Source: Puniceicoccaceae bacterium
Lineage (GTDB): Bacteria > Verrucomicrobiota > Verrucomicrobiia > Opitutales > Oceanipulchritudinaceae
Assembly (NCBI GenBank): GCA_040830765.1
Contig: JBFOMH010000004.1
Coordinates: 160,001 to 224,000 of the forward strand
Direction of reading: 5' to 3'
DNA length: 64,000 nt
The position numbers and the translations under genes were made by a program. Positions 1-10,183 of this stretch are shown one piece after another; positions within the stretch are counted from its first letter, which is position 1; the number at the start of each line of letters is the position of its first letter. The notes below the pieces were generated by a model that saw only the letters and a list, made by a program, of their open reading frames with translations, was not told the DNA's origin and did no database searches.

Positions 1-219
1 CTGGACCGGGAAAAGCGAATCATCGCCAAGTTGGCACAAGTGGATCGGATCCAGATTCCCCGCCAGTTCGATTTTGCCAAGGTCTCCGGCCTACGTGCTG
101 AATCGGCCCAGAAGTTATCCCAAGTCCAGCCGGCCACCCTGGGCCAGGCCTCCCGGATTTCCGGCGTTAATCCGACCGATATTACAATCCTTATGATTGC
201 ACTCGGGGCTCTTAAGTGA
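1..219 (+). CDS. mnmG: tRNA uridine 5-carboxymethylaminomethyl modification enzyme, C-terminal fragment (truncated by window edge)
   Basis: C-terminal motif 'GLRAESAQKL...PATLGQASRISGVNPTDI' typical of GidA/MnmG. Confidence 0.9.
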   Translation: MDREKRIIAKLAQVDRIQIPRQFDFAKVSGLRAESAQKLSQVQPATLGQASRISGVNPTDITILMIALGALK

Positions 220-279
220 TTGTTATTCAGGTATTTATCTGATTTTTATCCCCTCGCTACACCCAGTCGTTAGCTTTAT

Positions 280-349
280 TTGTCACCAACTTGTCACGTA
301 GATTGGCATTGCCTTTACAGGGTTCGCCGTATGTTACGAAAGGTGACAA
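280..349. promoter_or_regulatory. Pho boxes upstream of phoB
   Basis: 11-bp-period direct repeat TTGTCACCAAC/TTGTCACGTAG at 280-301, and a minus-strand copy TTGTCACCTTTCGTAACAT at about 331-349; resembles CTGTCAT-N4-CTGTCAY. Confidence 0.7.
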
Positions 350-367
350 TCAGATCAGCAGAGAATC

Positions 368-1060
368 ATGACAGGAAAACGGATATTGGTGGTCGATGAC
401 GAGCCGGATGTGACCGAGTTGGTGTCCTATCGGTTGAAGCGCGAAGGTTACACGGTGGAGGTAATCAACAACCCCCTGGAAATCATGGGAAGAGCCCGTG
501 AGTTCGATCCGGATCTGTTCGTCCTCGACATCATGATGCCGGACTTGGATGGCCTCCAGATTTGCCGAATGATCCGGGCTGATTCAAAACTCAGCAGCGT
601 TCCGATAGTCTTCCTGACGGCCAAGGGTGAAGTCGAGGACCGGATCAAGGGACTTGAGTACGGGGCGGACGACTACATTCCTAAGCCATTTGATACCAAG
701 GAGTTAGCTCTTAGAATCGGGCTTATCCTGAAGCGTGTGGGAAACCAGGCATCTTCTGAGGAGGCCATTTTGCAGGTCGGCGATATCATTCTGGATGAGG
801 AGATTCACCAGGTTACCGTATCCGGTTCCGCACTCGACCTCACCGCGACGGAATTCAAGCTTTTGAAGCTCCTCATGCAGCGCAAGGGGAGGGTGCAATC
901 GCGGGAAAACCTGCTCGTCAACGTGTGGAACTACGACACCGACACGGAGACCCGGACCATTGACACTCACATCCGGCGCCTGCGGGAAAAGCTCGGGGAC
1001 CGGGCAGGGCTGGTGGAAACGGTGCGCGGGGTGGGGTACCGGATGAACGAGCCCGCCTGA
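368..1060 (+). CDS. phoB: OmpR/PhoB-family response regulator
   Basis: Receiver domain (VVDDE, LDIMMP, KPF) plus winged helix (RTIDTHIRRLREKL, TVRGVGY); adjacent PhoR-like kinase and Pho boxes. Confidence 0.85.
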   Translation: MTGKRILVVDDEPDVTELVSYRLKREGYTVEVINNPLEIMGRAREFDPDLFVLDIMMPDLDGLQICRMIRADSKLSSVPIVFLTAKGEVEDRIKGLEYGADDYIPKPFDTKELALRIGLILKRVGNQASSEEAILQVGDIILDEEIHQVTVSGSALDLTATEFKLLKLLMQRKGRVQSRENLLVNVWNYDTDTETRTIDTHIRRLREKLGDRAGLVETVRGVGYRMNEPA

Positions 1061-1076
1061 GAAAGGTGTAGTTACT

Positions 1077-2372
1077 TTGACACTACTTTGTATCACGCTG
1101 CTGCTGATTTGCGGCTACCTGTATATGCGGTTGCGGGCGACAGGTCGCATAACCCGGCAGCTGATAGAAGCTGCGGAACGGACCGAGCCCTTGTTGCTGG
1201 AGGAAAACAATGCCCTCATCCAGGCTTTCCGGCTCGACCAGCTGGTGAAGGCCTTCAATAAGCTGGTGGCCGAAAACGCCCGGTTCTCAGGCTCTGGCCA
1301 GGAGCAATACGACCAAATCCAAACCTTGTTGGGCAATCTCCGGGAAGCGGTGGTAATGGTGGACCGCGACGATGTCATCCTCTCGGCAAACCGGGCCTTC
1401 AACGAACTCACACAAGCCAATGACAGTCCCAAGGGCCAGCGACTGGACACTTACCTGACGGGCCCGGATTTCATTGAGTTTCTCAACCGGCTGCGGTTGG
1501 ACCGGCAACCCCGTCATGATGAGCTGGAGGTTGAAATTAGCCAGGAGCCGTACTGGCTTGAAGCCAGCGCCGCACCGCTAAAAGAAACCCAGGGTGAAGA
1601 TGGAAATTACACCCTCTTCGTCTTCCAGAACATTACCCGGCAGAAGAAGCTGGAAATGATGCGCACGGAGTTTGTGGCCAATGTCTCCCATGAATTGAAA
1701 ACGCCGGTCACCGTGATCCGCGGTTTTGCCCAGACGCTGATGGAGGACGATGCGGATCTCAGCGCTGAAGAGCGCCTCCGCTTCCTGCAAAAAATCATTA
1801 GCAATTCCGAGCGGCTCCATTCCCTGCTCCAAGACCTCCTGCTCCTGTCGCGGCTTGAATCGACAGAGATGATTCTGAAACGGGAGGATCTATCCTTAGC
1901 CGAATTCCTGCGCGACCTGGCCGAGAACTGGAAAGCCACCCTGGCAGATCAATGCGAGCTCGTCCTCGATCTGGAAGATGGTCCGGATATTGTCCACGCC
2001 GACCCTCTTCGTCTCAGCCAGGTCATAACCAATCTCATGGAAAATGCCTTGAGGCACGGGGCAGGCTTGAGTCGGCTAACCATCCGGACAAGGATCGGGC
2101 CCCAGACTATTCAGTTGGAAGTGGAGGACGATGGGGCCGGGATCCCGGAGCGGGACCTGCCACATATTTTCCAGCGCTTTTACCGCGTCGACAAGGGCCG
2201 ATCCCGCGAATCGGGTGGGACAGGACTCGGACTTTCCATTGTGAAACACATTGTCGGCCAGCACGGCGGGGATATCACCGCCTGGAGCCGGAAGGGGGAG
2301 GGGACCCGCATCTCGATCACCCTGCCCACAGCCGACCGCGCTCGTTTAGCCGGCCTCAATGTCCGCAAGTAA
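1077..2372 (+). CDS. phoR: PhoR-like PAS-HisKA-HATPase sensor kinase
   Basis: N-terminal TM, PAS, 'EFVANVSHELKTP', 'FQRFYRVDKGRSRESGGTGLGLSIVKH'. Confidence 0.85.
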   Translation: MTLLCITLLLICGYLYMRLRATGRITRQLIEAAERTEPLLLEENNALIQAFRLDQLVKAFNKLVAENARFSGSGQEQYDQIQTLLGNLREAVVMVDRDDVILSANRAFNELTQANDSPKGQRLDTYLTGPDFIEFLNRLRLDRQPRHDELEVEISQEPYWLEASAAPLKETQGEDGNYTLFVFQNITRQKKLEMMRTEFVANVSHELKTPVTVIRGFAQTLMEDDADLSAEERLRFLQKIISNSERLHSLLQDLLLLSRLESTEMILKREDLSLAEFLRDLAENWKATLADQCELVLDLEDGPDIVHADPLRLSQVITNLMENALRHGAGLSRLTIRTRIGPQTIQLEVEDDGAGIPERDLPHIFQRFYRVDKGRSRESGGTGLGLSIVKHIVGQHGGDITAWSRKGEGTRISITLPTADRARLAGLNVRK

Positions 2373-2969
2373 GGCCGTCAGGCTATAATATTCCGCAAAC
2401 AGATTCTGGAAAAAGGACGGGTTCTCGAACGGCCACGGGGCATCCGCTTGCACCAGCCACAGGGGATGGTCAGCAATCACTTCGCTACACCAATCGAAGT
2501 TGGCCCGGTGGTCGGTCCGGAAATGCAGCACCGCCCCGGGTGTTCCCAGCCGCGCCAGCCGATCCAGCAGGTCGGCCTGAATGATACGGTTCTTGGTGTG
2601 GCGCTTCTTGGGCCACGGATCCGGGAAGAGGATGAAGATCCGCTCCACAGGCACCTCAGCAGGCCAGGCTTGCAGACACTCCTGCACTTCAGCCTTGAGA
2701 AAGTGGAGGTTCTCCAAATGGCGCTTGTCCCGCTTTTCGCAGGCTTTCCGAATCCGCTTGGAGACGATATCGATACCGAGACAATTGGCTTCCGGATGCT
2801 GCTCCGCATAGGCCGTCAGGTAGTGTCCATGCCCACAACCAACCTCAAGGGTGACCGGCTGATTGCCGGGAAAAGCTTCCCTGATTTGTCCATTGAGGCT
2901 GACTATTCGGTCTCCCCGCCTCTTCAGGTAGTCCGCATGCTTGTCTGTTCGTGGAAATGGATCCGTCAT
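2346..2969 (-). CDS. trmB: tRNA (guanine-N7)-methyltransferase
   Basis: 'LEVGCGHG', 'FPDPWPKKRH..NRI', 'FRTD' motifs. Confidence 0.92.
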   Translation of the reverse strand: MTDPFPRTDKHADYLKRRGDRIVSLNGQIREAFPGNQPVTLEVGCGHGHYLTAYAEQHPEANCLGIDIVSKRIRKACEKRDKRHLENLHFLKAEVQECLQAWPAEVPVERIFILFPDPWPKKRHTKNRIIQADLLDRLARLGTPGAVLHFRTDHRANFDWCSEVIADHPLWLVQADAPWPFENPSFFQNLFAEYYSLTALLADIEAG

Positions 2970-3169
2970 CCACCAAGCCAGATAAGGAAGAGCAGCTGCA
3001 GGACAAGGAAGAATCCGATGAGCGTCCAGCAGAAGAGACTGGGCCCGTTAAAGGCCAGTTTGCGCTCCAGGCGAAAAACCTGCGGGAGGACCGGAGCCTG
3101 GCCTTTTGGCAAAACGTTGTGTTTGCTCAATTTTCCGAGCTCACCGGTGATGTCTTTGACCTTTGGCAT
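2966..3169 (-). CDS. small membrane protein (67 aa, C-terminal TM helix)
   Basis: ATG start, hydrophobic C-terminal helix, stop overlaps trmB start in ATGA coupling. Confidence 0.55.
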   Translation of the reverse strand: MPKVKDITGELGKLSKHNVLPKGQAPVLPQVFRLERKLAFNGPSLFCWTLIGFFLVLQLLFLIWLGG

Positions 3170-3179
3170 ACAGCATTAC

Positions 3180-3465
3180 GGTTATATTCTTATATAAGTT
3201 AATAAAAGACTTCTTCTTCTTATGCAGTGTGAATATCTCAACATCTTCATAAGCCGCTGTGTGTCAATGTGTTAAAATACCAAAATCCGGGTACAAGCCT
3301 GTTGGGGAAGCGGTGGCAGAAGCAGGAATAACCTTGTTCACACGCTATCCACACACCTGCTGCCACTTCATTCACGCCCTATCCTCAATCCAGCGTGAGT
3401 AAAAATTCGACTCAAGGGTTGACGCCATGGCAAAGAGAATCCATCCGTTCTTCTTTTCACAGGTA
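3180..3465. other. candidate chromosomal replication origin (oriC)
   Basis: AT-rich tract 3181-3223; DnaA-box-like 9-mers TGTGAATAT (3228), TTGTTCACA (3334), CTATCCACA (3345), TCATTCACG (3368), CTATCCTCA (3379); IHF-like TGTCAATGTGTTA (3262); lies between mnmG and atp. Confidence 0.6.
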
Positions 3466-3476
3466 GGGTTCATCAC

Positions 3477-4343
3477 ATGTTCACTGGGGTTAAGAAGCTG
3501 GTTTACCGAGGAGCTCCGTTAGCAGGTCTGCTTATCGCAACCGAATTGCAAGCGGTTTCCCTCAGCCCGTACAAACTGATCGAAAATACCCTTTTCGGGC
3601 TGCCGATCACCAATTCAATGGTGACGAGTTGGGTCATCTCACTCGCTATCATCCTGGCTGTCCGCCTGATGGTGGGTAAGCCCCAGTTGATTCCCTCGGC
3701 CGGCCAGGCAGTCGTGGAGAACCTCCTTGGGGGAATCCGGGACATCATGGAGCCCATTGTTGGCAAACACTTGATTGCTAAGGTTTTCCCGCTGCTTATC
3801 GGCTTTTTCACCTTCATCCTGATCCATAACTGGAGTGGCCTTTTGCCAGGGGTGGGGGCCTTCGGTTTTAAGGATGAGCACGGCCACATTGTGTACTGGA
3901 TGCGTCCCGGCAATGCGGACCTCAACATGACGGTCGCCCTGGCCATCATTTCCGCCTCCATCGGGTGGGGCTACTTTGTTCTCCGCTATGCCGGTATTAA
4001 ACTGCTTTTCTTCGATCTGTTTGGTAACAAGGCGGATCCGAAGGAAGTGCCGAAAGCGATTTACATCCTTCTCTTTCCCGTCTTTTTCGGGGTGGGCCTG
4101 ATCGAGGTCATCTCGATTCTCTTCCGGAATGTCTCCTTGTCCTTCCGTCTTTTCGGCAATGTCTTCGGGGGCGAAAACCTGCTTGCCAGCATGACTGACC
4201 TGGCCGGCTGGTTTGTTCCCATCCCTTTCTATTTTCTGGAAATCCTCATCGGTGGGGTGCAGGCCCTTGTCTTTACCCTCCTGACAGCCGTCTACATCGG
4301 CCTCATCTGTAATCATGGCGACGAGGAGGACCATGCCCATTAA
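3477..4343 (+). CDS. atpB: F0F1 ATP synthase subunit a
   Basis: '[14 protein letters not shown]', '[14 protein letters not shown]'. Confidence 0.96.
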   Translation: MFTGVKKLVYRGAPLAGLLIATELQAVSLSPYKLIENTLFGLPITNSMVTSWVISLAIILAVRLMVGKPQLIPSAGQAVVENLLGGIRDIMEPIVGKHLIAKVFPLLIGFFTFILIHNWSGLLPGVGAFGFKDEHGHIVYWMRPGNADLNMTVALAIISASIGWGYFVLRYAGIKLLFFDLFGNKADPKEVPKAIYILLFPVFFGVGLIEVISILFRNVSLSFRLFGNVFGGENLLASMTDLAGWFVPIPFYFLEILIGGVQALVFTLLTAVYIGLICNHGDEEDHAH

Positions 4344-4355
4344 CTGACCAACCCT

Positions 4356-4414
4356 TTCACGCCGGGACCGGTGCCAGAGGTAACCAATCCTCACTGAGTG
4401 CCGGACGGCGGGAA
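4356..4414 (+). promoter_or_regulatory. long stem-loop in the atpB-atpE spacer (candidate cis-regulatory RNA)
   Basis: Nested pairings CGCCG/CGGCG, CCGGTGC/GTGCCGG, CAG/CTG, AGG/CCT around loop TAACCAAT. Confidence 0.5.
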
Positions 4415-4449
4415 CCTGATTAAAACAAAAAATCCAACCACTAAGAAAA

Positions 4450-4665
4450 ATGATCGATATAATCGCCGCAGTTGATTCTAACCTCGCCGACGGCATCCAA
4501 GCCGCATTTGGCTGTGCTGCCGCCGCTATTGGCGTAGGTCTCGTAGGGGCCAAGGCTGTTGAGGCCGTGGGCCGCAACCCGGGCGCTTCCGGCAAGATCC
4601 TTGTCCAGTCCATCATCGGTATGGCTCTGGCTGAGGCTGTCGCCTTCTACGCCCTGTTTCTCTAA
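4450..4665 (+). CDS. atpE: F0F1 ATP synthase subunit c
   Basis: Two TM helices, loop 'GRNP', carboxylate in 'ALAEAV'. Confidence 0.95.
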   Translation: MIDIIAAVDSNLADGIQAAFGCAAAAIGVGLVGAKAVEAVGRNPGASGKILVQSIIGMALAEAVAFYALFL

Positions 4666-4672
4666 GGCTTTG

Positions 4673-4707
4673 AGGCACATCCGGATTCTTCCGGGTGTGC
4701 CTTTTTT
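4673..4707 (+). terminator. intrinsic-terminator-like hairpin inside the atp operon
   Basis: AGGCACATCCGGA-TTCT-TCCGGGTGTGCCT followed by a T-tract. Confidence 0.7.
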
Positions 4708-4740
4708 ACCCATCCATAACGCCACAGAACCCTTTTAACC

Positions 4741-5313
4741 ATGTTGGATTCCTTCATATTGCTCGCAGCCGCAACGGCCGAAACGGCCGCTGAACCCGGC
4801 TTTTTCGACAAGATTGGTCTCGGCGGCTTTGGTCTGGACGGAAAATTGATCCTCGCCCAGATGGTCAACTTCGTCGTTGTCGCTTTCCTGCTCTGGCGCT
4901 TCGCCTTCAAGCCGGTCATGGCCACCCTTGATGAGCGCCAGAACAAGATCGCTGAAGGTCTGCAGTTTGCCGAGGAAGCCAAGACCCAGCTGGCGGAAAC
5001 GGAAAAGCGCCAGGCTGAAGTTCTCCGGGAGGCCAACACCAAGGCGCAGGAGATTCTCCACGAGGCCCGCGACAAGGCCCGTGAGCTGGAAGATCGCCTC
5101 AAGGCGGAAACGTCGACCCAGATTGATGAAATGCGCAAGCGCGCCGAGGAATCCAACGAGCTGGAACGTCAGAAGATGCTCACGGAAGTCCGCCAGGAAA
5201 TCGCCCGTCTGGTGGTGATGACCTCCGGCAAGGTCCTCCAGCGTGAACTCGGTGACGAAGAGAAGGCCCGGCTCGACAAGGCCGCCGCCGCCGAAATTTC
5301 CCAACTGAACTAA
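4741..5313 (+). CDS. atpF: F0F1 ATP synthase subunit b
   Basis: 'AQMVNF..LLWRFAFKPV..LDERQNKI' followed by coiled coil; operon position. Confidence 0.95.
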   Translation: MLDSFILLAAATAETAAEPGFFDKIGLGGFGLDGKLILAQMVNFVVVAFLLWRFAFKPVMATLDERQNKIAEGLQFAEEAKTQLAETEKRQAEVLREANTKAQEILHEARDKARELEDRLKAETSTQIDEMRKRAEESNELERQKMLTEVRQEIARLVVMTSGKVLQRELGDEEKARLDKAAAAEISQLN

Positions 5314-5316
5314 TTC

Positions 5317-5712
5317 ATGGCAGCCACCCAGGACACCAAGTTGGCCAAGCGCCTTGCCCGCCTCGTTGTTGAAGCGGGTGAACCCGGTGTGGCCGAACTG
5401 AAACCGGCCCTCGAGAAGCTGCTCGCCGGTCGTTCCGCGGCCGACCGTAAGGCCTTCCTGAAAGCCTTTCTCAAGGCAGCCACCCGCGAGGTGCAGAAAG
5501 ATACCCTGGTCATCGAGTCTGCCCAGGCCCTTACCAACGAGGTTGTCGCATCCCTTGTCGCCGATTTTTCCAAGGGCCGCGCAAGGCCCCTGCAGGTGGT
5601 TCAAAAATCCAACCCGGCCCTTATCGCCGGCGTTCGCGTCCAGCTGGGTGACACCGTCTACGATGCGTCGGTGGCCAGCAACCTGCAATCCCTCGCCGCC
5701 CGTATCCGTTAA
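5317..5712 (+). CDS. atpH: F0F1 ATP synthase subunit delta (short form)
   Basis: C-terminal 'NPALIAGVRVQLGDTVYDASV' motif; lies between atpF and atpA. Confidence 0.9.
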   Translation: MAATQDTKLAKRLARLVVEAGEPGVAELKPALEKLLAGRSAADRKAFLKAFLKAATREVQKDTLVIESAQALTNEVVASLVADFSKGRARPLQVVQKSNPALIAGVRVQLGDTVYDASVASNLQSLAARIR

Positions 5713-5736
5713 CTTTACCATTATCAAGCAAACGAA

Positions 5737-7275
5737 ATGAGCTCCATTCTCGAACAAATTGAAAAAGAGATCGCCTCGCTGACACCGGATGTCGGCAAGA
5801 CCAACACGGGTGTCATCACCAATGTAGCCGACGGCGTGGCCAAGGTTGAAGGCCTGTCCCAGGTCATGTTCAACGAAATGGTTGAATTCCCGCATGGCAT
5901 TACCGGTATCGCCCTCAATCTGGAGGAAGATGAAGTCGGTGTTGTCTGCCTCGGGGACGCCAACCTTCTCAAGGAAGGCGACGAAGCCAAGACCACCGGA
6001 CGCCTTCTCTCTGTTCCAGTCGGCAAGGAACTCCTCGGACGCGTTGTCGACGCCATCGGCAATCCGGTCGACGGCAAGGGCCCGCTCGATTCCAAGGAGA
6101 GCTATCCCATTGAAAAGATTGCCCCGGGCATCATTCCCCGCAAGTCGGTCGACCAGCCGCTGCAGACAGGTATCATGGCCATCGACTCCATGATTCCGAT
6201 TGGCCGTGGCCAGCGCGAATTGATCATTGGTGACCGCCAGACCGGCAAGACGACCATTGCCATCGACACCATCATCAACCAGGCGAAAATCAACCGCCAG
6301 GGTCTGGCTTCCGGTGATGAGTCCTTCCGTCCGGTCTATTCCATTTACGTTGCCGTTGGGCAGAAGAACTCGACCATCGCCCGCACCATCAAGGCCCTTG
6401 AGTCAGCCGGTGCGCTGGAGTACACCATTATCGTCATCGCCCCCGCAGCTGAGAATGCGGCCAACCTTTACCTGGCCCCGTTTGCCGGTTGCGCCATGGG
6501 TGAGTGGTTCATGCAAAACGGCATGGACGCGCTTATTGTCTATGATGACCTGACCAAGCAAGCGGCTGCCTATCGCCAGATTTCCCTGGTCCTGAAGCGC
6601 CCTGCCGGTCGTGAAGCGTATCCGGGTGACGTCTTCTACCTCCACAGTCGCCTGCTGGAGCGTTCGGCCCGCCTCAATGCGGATAACGGCAATGGTTCCC
6701 TGACGGCCCTGCCGATAATCGAGACCCAGGCCGGTGACGTTTCCGCCTACATCCCGACGAATGTCATTTCCATTACCGACGGACAGATCTTCCTCGAAAC
6801 CGACCTCTTCAACCAGGGCATTCGCCCGGCGGTCAGTGTCGGTCTTTCGGTTAGCCGGGTCGGGTCCGCTGCCCAGATCAAGGCGACCAAACAGGTGGCC
6901 GGCAAGGTCAAGCTGGAGCTGGCCGCCTATCGTGAGCTGGCGGCCTTTGCCCAGTTCGGTTCGGACCTCGATGCCCGTACCCGGCGCCAGCTGGACCGCG
7001 GTGCCCGTACGGTTGAGCTCTTCAAGCAGCCGGCCTACTCACCGAAACCGGTTGAAGTCCAGGTGGCTCTCCTCTGGTCGATGCAGAACAACTACTTCGA
7101 CGATGTCGAAGTGGGTGACATCGTCAGCGCCGCAGCCTCCCTGCAGGACTTCCTCGAAACCGGCAAGCAGGAGGTGCTTTCCGCCATCCTTGAGAAGAAG
7201 AAGCTCGATGATGACACCGAAGCAGCCCTCAAGGACGCCGTTGAAGCCTGGAAGTCGACCTACGCCTCCGCCTGA
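5737..7275 (+). CDS. atpA: F0F1 ATP synthase subunit alpha
   Basis: 'GDRQTGKT', '[19 protein letters not shown]'. Confidence 0.98.
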   Translation: MSSILEQIEKEIASLTPDVGKTNTGVITNVADGVAKVEGLSQVMFNEMVEFPHGITGIALNLEEDEVGVVCLGDANLLKEGDEAKTTGRLLSVPVGKELLGRVVDAIGNPVDGKGPLDSKESYPIEKIAPGIIPRKSVDQPLQTGIMAIDSMIPIGRGQRELIIGDRQTGKTTIAIDTIINQAKINRQGLASGDESFRPVYSIYVAVGQKNSTIARTIKALESAGALEYTIIVIAPAAENAANLYLAPFAGCAMGEWFMQNGMDALIVYDDLTKQAAAYRQISLVLKRPAGREAYPGDVFYLHSRLLERSARLNADNGNGSLTALPIIETQAGDVSAYIPTNVISITDGQIFLETDLFNQGIRPAVSVGLSVSRVGSAAQIKATKQVAGKVKLELAAYRELAAFAQFGSDLDARTRRQLDRGARTVELFKQPAYSPKPVEVQVALLWSMQNNYFDDVEVGDIVSAAASLQDFLETGKQEVLSAILEKKKLDDDTEAALKDAVEAWKSTYASA

Positions 7276-7308
7276 ATTTTGCCAAGCCCAACCCCGTTGA
7301 ATTAAACA

Positions 7309-8181
7309 ATGCCAAACACGCGCGACATCAGGAACCGAATCCGCGGGGTCACGAATACCCAGAAGATTACCCGCGCGATGCAGCTTGTAGCCGCTTCCAA
7401 GATGAAGAAGGCACAGGATCGCGCACTCGAGGGGCGTCCCTTTGCCCGCGAACTGGCCGCTATGCTGACGCTCCTAACCGACAAGGTGGAGGACTTCAGC
7501 CACCCCTTCCTGGAAGAGCGCACGGTCAAGCGCCGGGGCATTTTGCTTATTACTACGGACCGGGGTCTTTGTGGCTCCCTCAACGCCAACTTGTTCCGGG
7601 AGGTTTCCCAGATCAAGCCTGACGAAGCGGCTTTTGTTACCATCGGGCGAAAGGGCCGTCAGTTCATCAGCCGGACCGGGCGCAAGTTGCTGGCCGACTT
7701 TCCCATATCCGAGGAAGCCGCCTTCAAGGAGCTTCGGCCCGTGGTGGAGTTTTTGATCGAGCAGTACAAGGAAGGGGAAATCGATACCATCGAGATTCTC
7801 TATCCCCGCTTCAAGAACACCCTCATCCAGGAGCCCCGGCAGGTTCCTTTGGTCCCGCTTACGGACATGGCGGAGTATGCCCTGAAAATGGCCAAACAGG
7901 AGGGTATCGAGGTAATCCAGGACGCTCGCGAATTCGTCTATGAGCCCTCCGCTGAGATCATCCTGACTTACCTCATGGATCGCTTCGTCAAGCGGGAGAT
8001 CTACCAGATGCTGATCGATGCCCGGGCCTCCGAACACAGTGCCCGGATGGTCGCCATGAAGGCCGCTACCGACAACGCCAAGAAGCTGACCGATTCACTG
8101 ACATTGCAATACAACAAGGCCCGGCAGGCCGGCATTACCCAGGAAATCCTTGAGATTACCGCTGCCACCGCCAATGCCTGA
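7309..8181 (+). CDS. atpG: F0F1 ATP synthase subunit gamma
   Basis: 'TQKITRAMQLVAASK', 'TDRGLCG', 'YNKARQAGITQEILEI'. Confidence 0.97.
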   Translation: MPNTRDIRNRIRGVTNTQKITRAMQLVAASKMKKAQDRALEGRPFARELAAMLTLLTDKVEDFSHPFLEERTVKRRGILLITTDRGLCGSLNANLFREVSQIKPDEAAFVTIGRKGRQFISRTGRKLLADFPISEEAAFKELRPVVEFLIEQYKEGEIDTIEILYPRFKNTLIQEPRQVPLVPLTDMAEYALKMAKQEGIEVIQDAREFVYEPSAEIILTYLMDRFVKREIYQMLIDARASEHSARMVAMKAATDNAKKLTDSLTLQYNKARQAGITQEILEITAATANA

Positions 8182-8196
8182 ACTCAATTTAGCTAA

Positions 8197-9642
<1,446 letters not shown>

Positions 9643-9647
9643 TAGCC

Positions 9648-10067
9648 ATGCCGCTGACCCTCGAAATCGTCACCCCTGAGCGCCGGGTCCTCTCTGAAGA
9701 GGTCGACCACGTCGTCCTGCCGACGGAGGCCGGTGGCGAGATCGACGTCCTTCCGGGACACATCCCGCTGATGTCGATGATCGATCCGGGTGAGCTGCGT
9801 TACTATCAGGGCGGCCAGCCGGAATCGATAGCCATTGCCCGGGGCTTCATCCAGATTATCGGGGACAAGGTTTCTGTCCTGACGGAGGCCGCCATCGAGG
9901 TGGACGATATTGATGTCTCCTCGCTGGCAGACGCCAAAGCCCGTGCCGAACAAGCGCTGGAAGAGGCCCGCCAGAGCGGCGAGGATCCGGAAGTGCTGGA
10001 ACAGCTGGAGACCAAGGCCCGTTTCACCGTCCTGCAGCAGATCATTACCCAGAGCAAGGGCCGCTAG
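9648..10067 (+). CDS. atpC: F0F1 ATP synthase subunit epsilon
   Basis: 'LEIVTPER', 'GEIDVLPGHIPL'. Confidence 0.95.
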   Translation: MPLTLEIVTPERRVLSEEVDHVVLPTEAGGEIDVLPGHIPLMSMIDPGELRYYQGGQPESIAIARGFIQIIGDKVSVLTEAAIEVDDIDVSSLADAKARAEQALEEARQSGEDPEVLEQLETKARFTVLQQIITQSKGR

Positions 10068-10078
10068 GGCGTCTTCTT

Positions 10079-10134
10079 TGGAGTGCGCCGACATGTCGGC
10101 GCTTTGGATAGCTGCGACATGTCGCAGCACCCCA
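10079..10134. repeat. REP-like inverted doublet
   Basis: Two perfect 18-bp palindromes, GCGCCGACATGTCGGCGC and GCTGCGACATGTCGCAGC, framed by TGGAGT...ACCCCA. Confidence 0.7.
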
Positions 10135-10183
10135 TGGTTCTACGGCGTTGCCAATCCGCGTTGGATGCCTTTTATTGGCGTAA

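Noticed and set aside
2951..3202. 83-aa plus-strand ORF
   Set aside because: GTG start overlapping the trmB start head-to-head and running into the AT-rich origin-like tract; the antisense 67-aa ORF has better coupling and a TM helix.
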